Positions 9,191 to 18,092 of a stretch of DNA of 60,316 nucleotides are shown piece by piece; position 1 is the first letter of the stretch; each line of letters starts with the position of its first letter. This DNA comes from a virus (lineage: Duplodnaviria; Caudoviricetes). Under the pieces are notes generated by a model. The model ran no database searches. It was not told where the DNA came from and saw only the letters and a list, made by a program, of their open reading frames with translations. The DNA lies in IMG/VR virus record IMGVR_UViG_3300022074_007082, positions 1-60,316 of that record. One strand, 5' to 3'. A program made the position numbers and the translations under genes.

Positions 9191-10188
9191 AAAAAATACT
9201 TGTTTGCGGAGCCGGTGGATTCATTGGTGGAGCTATGATGAAAAGATTAAAATTAGAAGGTCATTGGGTTCGTGGTGTTGATATCAAAGAGCATGAATAC
9301 TTTAATTGCTATGACGTTGCTGATGAATTTGTAGTTGGGGATCTTAGAGACCCTGTTATTTGTGACCAAGTAGTTACAGAGGACATTGATGAGATCTACC
9401 AGTTCGCAGCCGATATGGGAGGCGCAGGCTTTGTTTTTACTGGCGAAAATGATGCTGACATTATGCATAACTCGGCAATGATTAACTTAAATATTGCTGA
9501 ACAATGCGTTAAGAAGGGAATTGACAAGGTGTTCTATTCGTCCTCTGCTTGTATGTATCCAGAACATAACCAGCTAGATCCTGATAACCCAACGTGTTCA
9601 GAGGACTCTGCCTATCCAGCAGCGCCAGACAGTGAATATGGATGGGAAAAATTATTTAGTGAAAGACTTTGGTTCGCCTTTGCTAGAAACCATGGTCTTA
9701 ATGTTAGGGTCGCAAGATACCATAATATCTTTGGACCAGAAGGGACTTGGGATGGTGGACGCGAAAAAGCACCAGCAGCTTTTTGCAGAAAGGCAGCACT
9801 AGCCACAGAAGGCGGAGAGATTGAAGTGTGGGGTGACGGTAAACAAACTAGGTCCTTCCTGTATATTGACGAGTGTATCGAAGCCACTAGGAGATTTATG
9901 GACAACGATCATTTTCAAGGTCCAGTAAATATTGGATCAGAGGAGATGATTTCAATTAATAACTTTGCACAAATGGCGATTGACATCTCTTTAAAATCTG
10001 TTAAAATACATAATATACAAGGGCAAGAATTTCAAGATAAATATGGATTTCCCTGTCCCATTGGAGTTATGGGTAGGAACTCTGATAATAATTTGATTAG
10101 AGAAAAGCTCGGATGGGATTATGAACAACCACTAAGAGTCGGTATGGAAAAAACTTTTAAATGGATCTTGGGAGAGATTAACAAATGA
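9187..10188 (+). CDS. GDP-mannose 3,5-epimerase-like extended SDR
   Basis: GAGGFIG, AADMGGAGF, SSSACMYP (catalytic Cys), YGWEK and REKAPAAFCRK (catalytic Lys). Confidence 0.85.
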   Translation: MKKILVCGAGGFIGGAMMKRLKLEGHWVRGVDIKEHEYFNCYDVADEFVVGDLRDPVICDQVVTEDIDEIYQFAADMGGAGFVFTGENDADIMHNSAMINLNIAEQCVKKGIDKVFYSSSACMYPEHNQLDPDNPTCSEDSAYPAAPDSEYGWEKLFSERLWFAFARNHGLNVRVARYHNIFGPEGTWDGGREKAPAAFCRKAALATEGGEIEVWGDGKQTRSFLYIDECIEATRRFMDNDHFQGPVNIGSEEMISINNFAQMAIDISLKSVKIHNIQGQEFQDKYGFPCPIGVMGRNSDNNLIREKLGWDYEQPLRVGMEKTFKWILGEINK

Positions 10189-11207
10189 AGATATATGAAG
10201 ACCGTAGCTCAACATATGCAGACGCCATAGACCATTATTGGGACCTTTCAGAATTCTGCACGGGCGACAAGGAAAAAGCATTCTTTGCTGGATGGGCGTA
10301 TATGGACAAATATAGCGCCCATAAAGAAGAAATAGCTAAATATAAATTTTCTTCTTTTTATAATACAGAACATCCTTGCGTTTTTACTACTAAAGATGAA
10401 AATATGATATCTCTTTCTTCTGACTCGAATAAAATATTTGATAAAATATTCACTCTTTGTCCATACACCGCAGAGTGGTTAAACAAGAAAGAAAAAGATA
10501 ACAGATTTGAATACATTTTCTTTCCTTTCAATTCTAAACATATTGTCGACCAAAGAGAAGAGAAGCAATTTGATGCCTTATACTGGGGTGGAATCCACGG
10601 ATTTGATCATATCGATATATTGAATGCAATAAGTAAATTTAAATATAATTTTCTGACTGTAGGTGCCCTTTCTTGGCAACTTTGGAAACACAGCGAATAC
10701 CCACGTCACATTTGGGAAAATAGAAATTACCCAAGTCAAATCAAACAGGTAGATTATGAAAAATTAATTACTGCCATAAACTACCCAAGACAAATAATGT
10801 GGAAACTGTTAAGAAGAACGAAGGTTAATGTTATCTCTAATAAATTATATATGAACAAGGAGTCATACGAAAATATCACCCTGCATAGTGGTTGGGAAGA
10901 TAACAAATGCTTCTCTCACATATCGGATTATATTATGCCTCAAATAAAAACTAGACCTATAGAGAGCGCTATCAACAGGAGTTTAATGGTCGTAAAGAGA
11001 GACCCTTGGAATGTGCAGGAGGACTTTTTCGAACCAGAGAAAGAATTTATCTATTACGAAGACGAAAAAGACTTGCAATCTATCCTAGAGGATGTTAAAA
11101 TTAATTGGAAAAACTATGAACAAATAGTTGAAAATGCCTTTAATAAGGCAGTAAACAATTATACAACAAAGCACTTTATAGAAGAGGTACAAAAGAAATT
11201 TATATGA
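10185..11207 (+). CDS. Hypothetical protein, possible GT-B glycosyltransferase
   Basis: C-terminal KTRPIESA..FFEPEKEFIYY..IVENAF resembles the CgeB/GT1_2-like nucleotide-binding half; cluster context. Confidence 0.5.
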   Translation: MKIYEDRSSTYADAIDHYWDLSEFCTGDKEKAFFAGWAYMDKYSAHKEEIAKYKFSSFYNTEHPCVFTTKDENMISLSSDSNKIFDKIFTLCPYTAEWLNKKEKDNRFEYIFFPFNSKHIVDQREEKQFDALYWGGIHGFDHIDILNAISKFKYNFLTVGALSWQLWKHSEYPRHIWENRNYPSQIKQVDYEKLITAINYPRQIMWKLLRRTKVNVISNKLYMNKESYENITLHSGWEDNKCFSHISDYIMPQIKTRPIESAINRSLMVVKRDPWNVQEDFFEPEKEFIYYEDEKDLQSILEDVKINWKNYEQIVENAFNKAVNNYTTKHFIEEVQKKFI

Positions 11208-11620
11208 AAAATAGAAAATACTTACCAACATTTTCCGAATTAATCGATAGATTATCAATCGCACAACTCAAAGAGGTTTTTATTCAAGAGCACAAAACTG
11301 AATATTCAGAGGAGATATCTGATATTGTTCATGATATTCAGCTTTACTTGGAAGAGAACAAGGGTCAAATAACTGCTGAAACTATTCGGGCAATTGTGGT
11401 ATTATCACAGATGAATTTGCACATTTGGCACAATGAGTCAAATTACAGAAAAGGCATCAAAGACGGCAATAATTTAGAGCTTACTCATGGTTTAAACGGA
11501 ATTAGAAATACCGCCAAGAATAAGATTCAGGAAGTTGTCGGCGGAAGAAAAGATTATAAGATCGATTGCCTAGCAGCAGAATTTAAAGACTGGGAAATTA
11601 GTTGGAATGATAATTCGTGA
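11204..11620 (+). CDS. DUF4254/DUF6165-like helical protein
   Basis: ELIDRLSIAQLK, NLHIWHNE and LNGIRN..KNKI pattern typical of these glycan-cluster-associated proteins. Confidence 0.55.
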   Translation: MKNRKYLPTFSELIDRLSIAQLKEVFIQEHKTEYSEEISDIVHDIQLYLEENKGQITAETIRAIVVLSQMNLHIWHNESNYRKGIKDGNNLELTHGLNGIRNTAKNKIQEVVGGRKDYKIDCLAAEFKDWEISWNDNS

Positions 11621-12104
11621 TGTAAAAATTATAGAATCAGATGTCTATACTGATTATAGAGGTGATCTCTGGACCCTATGGAAATCAGGCGATCACAACT
11701 TAGAGTTTAATCACGATAAGGTCTCAACAAGCAGAAAGAATGTTTTACGAGGCATCCACGGAGATTCCAAATCACACAAATTAATAACCTGCCTTCAAGG
11801 GGAAATGTATTTTGTTGTCGTCGATAATCGACCGTCTTCTGAAACATATAAAAAATGGGATTGGATAATATTAGATGATAAAACCAGAAAGCAGGTGCTA
11901 GTTCCTCCGGGTGTTGGCAATGGCTTTTTGGTATTATCAGATAGTTCTGTATTCCATTATAAATGGTCTTATGAAGGAGAATATCCAGATGTAGATCAGC
12001 AGTTTACAATAAAGTGGAATGATAAAGATATTAACATAAATTGGCCAATAGATAATCCAATTTTGCAACTAAGAGATAAAAATGTTAGTCAAAGTACCAG
12101 ATAA
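11607..12104 (+). CDS. rmlC: dTDP-4-dehydrorhamnose 3,5-epimerase family cupin
   Basis: DYRG, VLRGIHG, VVDNR, VPPGVGNGF, YK and IKWND..INWP. Confidence 0.88.
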   Translation: MIIRDVKIIESDVYTDYRGDLWTLWKSGDHNLEFNHDKVSTSRKNVLRGIHGDSKSHKLITCLQGEMYFVVVDNRPSSETYKKWDWIILDDKTRKQVLVPPGVGNGFLVLSDSSVFHYKWSYEGEYPDVDQQFTIKWNDKDININWPIDNPILQLRDKNVSQSTR

Positions 12105-12714
12105 CTTAAACAAAGTTAGAGAGATTTCAATTACTCCTGAAGAATTAATTCAATTTGAAGAGGATGTAGCATCTGAATATGAAGACGGAAAAATCAGAGG
12201 TCCAATTCATCTTTCTAAAAATAATGAACAACAATTGATAGAGATATTTTCTTATATCAGCCAAGAGGATTGGGTCTTTGTCCCTTGGAGAAATCACTAT
12301 CATGCAATATTACACGGTGTAGATAGAGATTATTTAGCTGATTCAATCAGGCAGGGGCTTAGTATGGGAACAAACAGTGTTGAGCCAAATTTTTACTCTT
12401 CCTCTATCGTTGGCGGAATAATCCCGATAGCTTTAGGTGCTGCAAAAGCTCTGCAAATGAAGAATTCTTCTTCAAAAGTTTGGTGTTTTGTGGGGGATAT
12501 GACATTTGAAACTGGCGTATTCCACGAGGCTTATAAGTATGCAAAGAATTTTGATTTACCTATCGTATGGGTTTTAGAAGATAATGATATGAGTGTTCAC
12601 ACGCCTACCGATATGGCTTGGGGCTCGAAACAAGCAATTCCAGATGATGTAATATACTATAAGTATGAAATGGGATATCCACATCACGGAACTGGAAAAT
12701 GGGTTAATTTTTAA
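12082..12714 (+). CDS. ThDP-dependent dehydrogenase E1 alpha-like subunit (short)
   Basis: IRGPIHLS, WRNHYH, SSIVGG and the ThDP-binding GD...EDN motif (GDMTFETG...LEDN). Confidence 0.85.
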   Translation: MLVKVPDNLNKVREISITPEELIQFEEDVASEYEDGKIRGPIHLSKNNEQQLIEIFSYISQEDWVFVPWRNHYHAILHGVDRDYLADSIRQGLSMGTNSVEPNFYSSSIVGGIIPIALGAAKALQMKNSSSKVWCFVGDMTFETGVFHEAYKYAKNFDLPIVWVLEDNDMSVHTPTDMAWGSKQAIPDDVIYYKYEMGYPHHGTGKWVNF

Positions 12715-12728
12715 TTAATGGAGAAACG

Positions 12729-13265
12729 ATGAAGTACAAAGATGAATTGATTAGATCTATGGATTGGCTCGGCTCTAAGGATGATGTTGTTTTCTTGGGT
12801 CAAGCTTGTAAGGTGAGTGGTCACTCTATATCTAGCACATTGGTTAATACGCCACAAGAAAAAAGAATCGAATTACCAGTCTTCGAAGAGACTCAGCTTG
12901 GTATGTGTACGGGCATGGCAATGGAGGGCTTCGTTCCTGTTACTATGTACCCGCGCTTTGATTTTTTTATTCTAGCTTGTAATCAACTTGTTAATCATCT
13001 TGATAAATTACAGCTAATGTCAAATGGCAAAATGAAATCAAGAGTTATAATCAGGGTTTCTGTTGGTGCCAAAAACCCACTTGATGCGGGACCACAGCAC
13101 ACACAAAACCACACAGAAGCGTTTAGAAAAATGTTAACCAATGTTAATGTTGTCGAGCTTCTAGAGCCAGAACAGATTTTCCCAGAGTTCAAAAAAGCAT
13201 ACGAAAGGGAAGATGGTAAACCAACTCTCTTTGTAGAACACGGAGAATTCTATGTCACAAAGTAA
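12729..13265 (+). CDS. E1 beta / transketolase pyrimidine-binding domain protein lacking the C-terminal domain
   Basis: FLGQ, IELPVFEE, GMAMEG, DFF..ACNQLVN, GPQHTQ and LFVEH. Confidence 0.85.
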   Translation: MKYKDELIRSMDWLGSKDDVVFLGQACKVSGHSISSTLVNTPQEKRIELPVFEETQLGMCTGMAMEGFVPVTMYPRFDFFILACNQLVNHLDKLQLMSNGKMKSRVIIRVSVGAKNPLDAGPQHTQNHTEAFRKMLTNVNVVELLEPEQIFPEFKKAYEREDGKPTLFVEHGEFYVTK

Positions 13266-14418
13266 TTTTTCGTGGTCCCTGATTAACGATAATATAACAG
13301 AATCAGATAAAAAAATCCTTGCAGATTTTATTTTAAACACCAATCGTTTTACAAACGGTCCAAAAGTTAGGCAGTTTGAAGAAGCTTGGTCCGAATGGCT
13401 TGGTGTTAAGTATAGTGTGATGGTTGGCTCTGGTGCTGCATCAAATTATATTACAACTTCAATTGTGCGAGAGCTGAAAGGTCAGACAGGGGAGATAATA
13501 GTGCCACCAATCGGATGGGTTTCTGACATTTCCTCAGTGATCAACACAGGCTTTTTGCCAGTCTTCGTTGATGTAGAGTTGCAATCAATGGCAATCGCGG
13601 CGCAGAATATAGAGAAAGCTATCAATAAAAACACAAAGGCTATTGTGCTAGTTCATGCTCTAGGCTTTAACGGCATAAACGATGAGTTGATTAAGCTAGC
13701 TAAAAAGTACGATTTGCTTTTAATCGAAGATTGTTGTGAATCTCACGGTGCAACTTATAAAGACAAGAAGGTTGGATCTTATGGAGATATGTCTTGTTTT
13801 TCTTTTTACTTTGGTCACCATATGACAACCATCGAAGGTGGAATGCTTTGCACAAATAACAAAGAAATATACGAACTTGCTAGGATGTTTAGGTCTCACG
13901 GTATGACAAGAGAGGCATCACAAGAGACCCACGATAAGTACGCAAAACCGGACGTAAACCCTCTGTTTACTTTTGCTGTCCCCGGATACAATATGAGATC
14001 TGGAGAAATCAACGCAGTGTTAGGTTTGGAGCAGATTAAGAGATTGGATTATAATATCCAAAAAAGACAAGAAAATTTTAATATTTGGTTGACAAACCTA
14101 GACAGTTCGTTATATTATATTGGATATGATGTGGAGGGTAGCAGCAATTATGCTCTCCCATTGATACTGAATAAAGATAACGACAGAATGCAACAAGTTT
14201 GCAAACTTCTGGAAGAAGAAAAGGTAGAGTACAGACTAGGGACTGCTGGTGGCGGAAATCAAGCTAGGCAGCCATATTTGGAAAGGTATGGATACAAAGT
14301 TGTAGGATCCTTAGAAACCTCCGATTATATCCATGATTATGGTCTCTATATCGGTAATCACCCAGAGCTTTCTGAAAAACAAATAATCGATCTTTGCAAG
14401 AGGCTGAATAATGTTTAA
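13252..14418 (+). CDS. ColD-like GDP-4-keto-6-deoxymannose 3-dehydratase (DegT fold)
   Basis: EDCCESHG; SFYFGHHMTTIEGG has His in place of the Schiff-base Lys; RSHG without the Cys cluster of Fe-S-dependent RfbH. Confidence 0.75.
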   Translation: MSQSNFSWSLINDNITESDKKILADFILNTNRFTNGPKVRQFEEAWSEWLGVKYSVMVGSGAASNYITTSIVRELKGQTGEIIVPPIGWVSDISSVINTGFLPVFVDVELQSMAIAAQNIEKAINKNTKAIVLVHALGFNGINDELIKLAKKYDLLLIEDCCESHGATYKDKKVGSYGDMSCFSFYFGHHMTTIEGGMLCTNNKEIYELARMFRSHGMTREASQETHDKYAKPDVNPLFTFAVPGYNMRSGEINAVLGLEQIKRLDYNIQKRQENFNIWLTNLDSSLYYIGYDVEGSSNYALPLILNKDNDRMQQVCKLLEEEKVEYRLGTAGGGNQARQPYLERYGYKVVGSLETSDYIHDYGLYIGNHPELSEKQIIDLCKRLNNV

Positions 14419-15370
14419 AAATCAAAATATACTAGTAACTGGTGGCGCAGGAATGATCGGCAGGGAGTTAGTTAAATTGCTGCTTGATCGAGGTGCAAAT
14501 GTAACTGTCGCAGACATTAGCAATAAAATCAACATTCAAGATGTTGAATATTGCCAAGTGGACTTGAGATATTTCGACCAATGTGTTGAGATTTGTAAAA
14601 ATAAGGATTATATTTTTAATCTTGTGGGAATCAAAGGCTCGCCTAAGATGTGTGCAGAGCAACCAGCAGATTTTATGGTACCAATGCTTCAGTTCAATAC
14701 TAATATGATGGAAGCTGCAATGAAGTCTGGAACTAAGTGGTATCTGTATACAAGCTCTGTTGGTGTATATCATCCCGCTGAAGTATTCAAAGAAGACGAT
14801 GTGTGGGAAACATTCCCCTCTCAAAACGACAGATTCGCAGGCTGGGCAAAGAGAATTGGAGAGTTGCAAGCAGAATCTTATGCCATCCAGTATGGAAATA
14901 AAAATATATCTATTGTTAGACCGGCAAATGTTTATGGCAACTATGATAACTTTGATCCAAGAAACGCTATGGTTATCCCTTCCTTAATTAGGAAGGGGTT
15001 TGAGGAAGACGAATTAGAAGTGTGGGGTGATGGCTCTGCCATTAGGGATTTTATTCATGCTAGGGATGTCGCTAGAGGAATGATCCACGCAGTAGAAAAT
15101 AAAATTACAGAGCCAATTAACTTGGGAAGTGGTGATGGGATAGCTATTAAAGAGATAGCAGAGGTAGTATCGAACCGCTTTGGAAAGAAAATCAAATGGC
15201 TTACAGATAAGCCCACAGGCGATATCCGCCGAGTGTTTGATATGACCCGCGCCAACAACTATGGCTTCAAAGCATCAACGACAATAAAGGAAGGCATTGA
15301 GGAAACTATCGAATGGTTCTTGGAAAATAAAGATATCATAGACAAAAGATTCAATGCATTCAGAAAGTAA
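14411..15370 (+). CDS. GDP-L-fucose synthase-like extended SDR with degenerate active site
   Basis: GGAGMIG, PANVYG.YDNF, VIPSLI and WGDGSAIRDF; the YxxxK position reads AGWAK. Confidence 0.8.
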   Translation: MFKNQNILVTGGAGMIGRELVKLLLDRGANVTVADISNKINIQDVEYCQVDLRYFDQCVEICKNKDYIFNLVGIKGSPKMCAEQPADFMVPMLQFNTNMMEAAMKSGTKWYLYTSSVGVYHPAEVFKEDDVWETFPSQNDRFAGWAKRIGELQAESYAIQYGNKNISIVRPANVYGNYDNFDPRNAMVIPSLIRKGFEEDELEVWGDGSAIRDFIHARDVARGMIHAVENKITEPINLGSGDGIAIKEIAEVVSNRFGKKIKWLTDKPTGDIRRVFDMTRANNYGFKASTTIKEGIEETIEWFLENKDIIDKRFNAFRK

Positions 15371-15392
15371 ACAAAGAAAAGTAGGGAACAAT

Positions 15393-16355
15393 ATGTCTAA
15401 TTTTTATGAAGGAAAAAATGTAGCAGTAGCTGGCGGAAGTGGGTTCATCGGAACACACTACATCAAAGAATTGTTGAATAGAGGCGCAAATGTTACAACA
15501 CATACGCACAGCCAGCCACTGCAATTACAGGATGATAGGGTAAAATTAATCAGCACCTTGGATTTGGAAAAGCTGGAAGATTGCTACAAGTTGGTGGAAG
15601 GTGCTGACTATATTGTTCATGCTGCCGGTAGAATATGCCACCCAGCTAGCGTACCAACAGATATACAAGTGTCAATTCAGAATATCAAAGTTACTGGAAA
15701 TTTGTTAGAAGCCTCGCATAAGTCCGGGCTGAAAGGCTTTCTGGACTTGAATAGCTCGACTGGATACCCAGACATAAGAAGACCTCTTAAGGAAGAAGAG
15801 TTTTGGGATCAAGAGCCTCATTCAAAGTATTTCGGATATGGCTGGATGCGTAGATACCGCGAAAAGCTTATGGAGCATGTATCTAGATTCTCTGAAATGA
15901 AGATAGCCCTTGCTAGGGGCACTGCCATTTATGGACCAAACGACAATTTCGATTTGAAGACTTGCCACGTAGTACCAGCATTGATCAGAAGGGCTTTGAG
16001 TGGAGAAAATCCTTTTGAAGTGTGGGGAAGCCCAGACGTTGTAAGGGACTTTCTTTATGTAGAGGACGTTGTTAATGCTGCTCTGCTGGTCTTAGAAAAG
16101 GGAAACTCTATGCAACCCTACAACGTTGGCTCTGGTGAAGCCGTAACTGTGGGGAATATTGTTGATGCTGTTCTTAAAGCAACGGGAAAACAGCCGGAAG
16201 TTTACTATGATAGTTCAAAGCCAACAACTATTCCCTTTCGTATGGTTAGCACTGAAAAGCTTGAAAAAGAATTGGGGTTTAAGAAGAAATATACTTTCGA
16301 AGAAGGCATAGCCAAAACAGTTAAATGGTATGAAGAAAATCAAAAAAATGGATAG
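15393..16355 (+). CDS. Second GDP-L-fucose synthase-like extended SDR
   Basis: GGSGFIG, YGPNDNF, HVVPALI and WGS...RDFLYV; the YxxxK position reads YGWMR. Start moved to the ATG at 15393 (MSNFY). Confidence 0.8.
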   Translation: MSNFYEGKNVAVAGGSGFIGTHYIKELLNRGANVTTHTHSQPLQLQDDRVKLISTLDLEKLEDCYKLVEGADYIVHAAGRICHPASVPTDIQVSIQNIKVTGNLLEASHKSGLKGFLDLNSSTGYPDIRRPLKEEEFWDQEPHSKYFGYGWMRRYREKLMEHVSRFSEMKIALARGTAIYGPNDNFDLKTCHVVPALIRRALSGENPFEVWGSPDVVRDFLYVEDVVNAALLVLEKGNSMQPYNVGSGEAVTVGNIVDAVLKATGKQPEVYYDSSKPTTIPFRMVSTEKLEKELGFKKKYTFEEGIAKTVKWYEENQKNG

Positions 16356-17088
16356 TCTAAGTAAAGAGCAATTATATTTTTATGAGCAAAATGGTTTTTT
16401 AAAAATTGAAAATGTTTTTGAAGAGGAAGAGATTAAAGCGTTGAGGAAGGACCTTGACGATTTTTCTGATGGTCACTATACTAGCAAAGTGGACTCGCAC
16501 TATTACGGAACAATCCAGAAAATACACACTGGCAAAAAATTATGTGACATAGGTGATGCTATATTGAATGATAGGTCAATTCCCATTGGAAGTATTGCTT
16601 TTTATTGCAAGCCAAATAATCCTCTAGAGCATGGATCTACTTGGCATCAAGACAATTATGCTGGAAGAACCCCAGATGGAAACAATTATTTAACATTAAC
16701 AGTAGCGCTAGACGATGCCGACGCAGACAATGGCGCTCTTATGGTTATTCCCGGCAGTCACAAGTGGGGAGAGTTGCCTTGCAATCCAAAGCCAAACTTT
16801 TCTAGAGATAACCAAGGTCGTCTTTATGCCTCGGCTCCAACAGGAAATAATGTAGATCTCCCAAGTGATTGTCAGATATTGCAACTTGATTACAAGGCAG
16901 GTGATGTTTTGGCATTGGGGGGCTTGTTGGTCCATGGGGCAAAGAAGAATGAACACAAAAGCAGATGGAGAAGGTCCATTTATTTAATTTATATAAAAGA
17001 CGGAGAACCGTTTTGGCCCGGCTTTACCTCTAAAAGGTGTTTATTGGAGAGATATGATTCACCAAACTATAAACTAGGTGTAAAATGA
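16348..17088 (+). CDS. PhyH-family Fe(II)/2-oxoglutarate dioxygenase
   Basis: FYEQNGFL, WHQD, ALDDA..DNGAL.VIPGSH, VHGA and RRS. ATG 16330 is an alternative start. Confidence 0.88.
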   Translation: MDSLSKEQLYFYEQNGFLKIENVFEEEEIKALRKDLDDFSDGHYTSKVDSHYYGTIQKIHTGKKLCDIGDAILNDRSIPIGSIAFYCKPNNPLEHGSTWHQDNYAGRTPDGNNYLTLTVALDDADADNGALMVIPGSHKWGELPCNPKPNFSRDNQGRLYASAPTGNNVDLPSDCQILQLDYKAGDVLALGGLLVHGAKKNEHKSRWRRSIYLIYIKDGEPFWPGFTSKRCLLERYDSPNYKLGVK

Positions 17089-18092
17089 AAAAAGTAGTTA
17101 TTACAGGCATTACAGGCATGGTTGGCTCTCATTTGGCTGACTATTTGCTTGAGCAAACAGACTGGGAAATCTACGGGTTAATTCGTTGGAACGACAAGAT
17201 GGATAACATAGAGCACCTTATGCCTATGATAAACAACAAAGAGAGAATCCACCTTCTAAATGCCGATATTAATGACCTAGCGTCTCTATTATCCTGCTTC
17301 GGGGAAGCCAATCCTGATTATGTTTTTCACTTGGCTGCACAGAGTTATCCAAAGACTAGCTTTTCTTCCCCTCTTGAAACCTTAGAAACTAATATCCTTG
17401 GAACAGCCAAAGTGTTAGAAGCGCTCAGGGTATTGGGTCAAAGCCCGGTTGTACACGTTTGTGCATCTTCAGAAGTCTTTGGTAGGGTTCCTAGCGAGCT
17501 TCTACCAATCCACGAAGATGTTACCTTTCATCCAGCATCCCCATATGCAATATCAAAGGTTGGGACAGATTTAATCGGTAGATTTTATGGAGAAGCATAT
17601 GGTATGACTGTCATGACAACTAGGATGTTTACTCACACTGGACCTCGACGTGGAGATGTGTTTGCCGAATCTACTTTTGCAAAGCAGATCGCCATGATAG
17701 AAGAGGGCTTGATACCGCCCGTGATTAAAGTTGGTAATCTAGATTCTCTCAGAACTTGGTCAGATGTAAGAGATGCAGTACGAGCTTATTATCTTTTAGT
17801 TACAGAGAACCCACAGGCTGGTGAATATTATAACATTGGAGGATCTTACACCTGTACAATCAAAGATATGTTAGATCACCTCCTGTCCTTATCAACGGTT
17901 AAAGATATCAAAGTAGAAATCGACCCTGAAAGACTTAGACCTATCGATGCAGATTTACAAGTCCCAGACACTTCTAAATTCAAAGAACACACAGGATGGG
18001 AACCCCAAATTTCATTTGACAAAACTATGAAAGATCTGTTAGAATATTGGAGGTCGCAAGTAAAAACTGGAAGAAGGTTTCTAACTCGATGA
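17085..18092 (+). CDS. GDP-mannose 4,6-dehydratase family SDR (Gmd/Rmd clade)
   Basis: TGITGMVGSHL, HLAAQS, SSEVFG, SPYAISK, GNLDSLR and ERLRPID. Confidence 0.8.
   Translation: MKKVVITGITGMVGSHLADYLLEQTDWEIYGLIRWNDKMDNIEHLMPMINNKERIHLLNADINDLASLLSCFGEANPDYVFHLAAQSYPKTSFSSPLETLETNILGTAKVLEALRVLGQSPVVHVCASSEVFGRVPSELLPIHEDVTFHPASPYAISKVGTDLIGRFYGEAYGMTVMTTRMFTHTGPRRGDVFAESTFAKQIAMIEEGLIPPVIKVGNLDSLRTWSDVRDAVRAYYLLVTENPQAGEYYNIGGSYTCTIKDMLDHLLSLSTVKDIKVEIDPERLRPIDADLQVPDTSKFKEHTGWEPQISFDKTMKDLLEYWRSQVKTGRRFLTR

Noticed and set aside
12082-13265. pdhA/pdhB central-metabolism genes
   Set aside because: Both are truncated relative to E1 subunits and no E2/E3 is present
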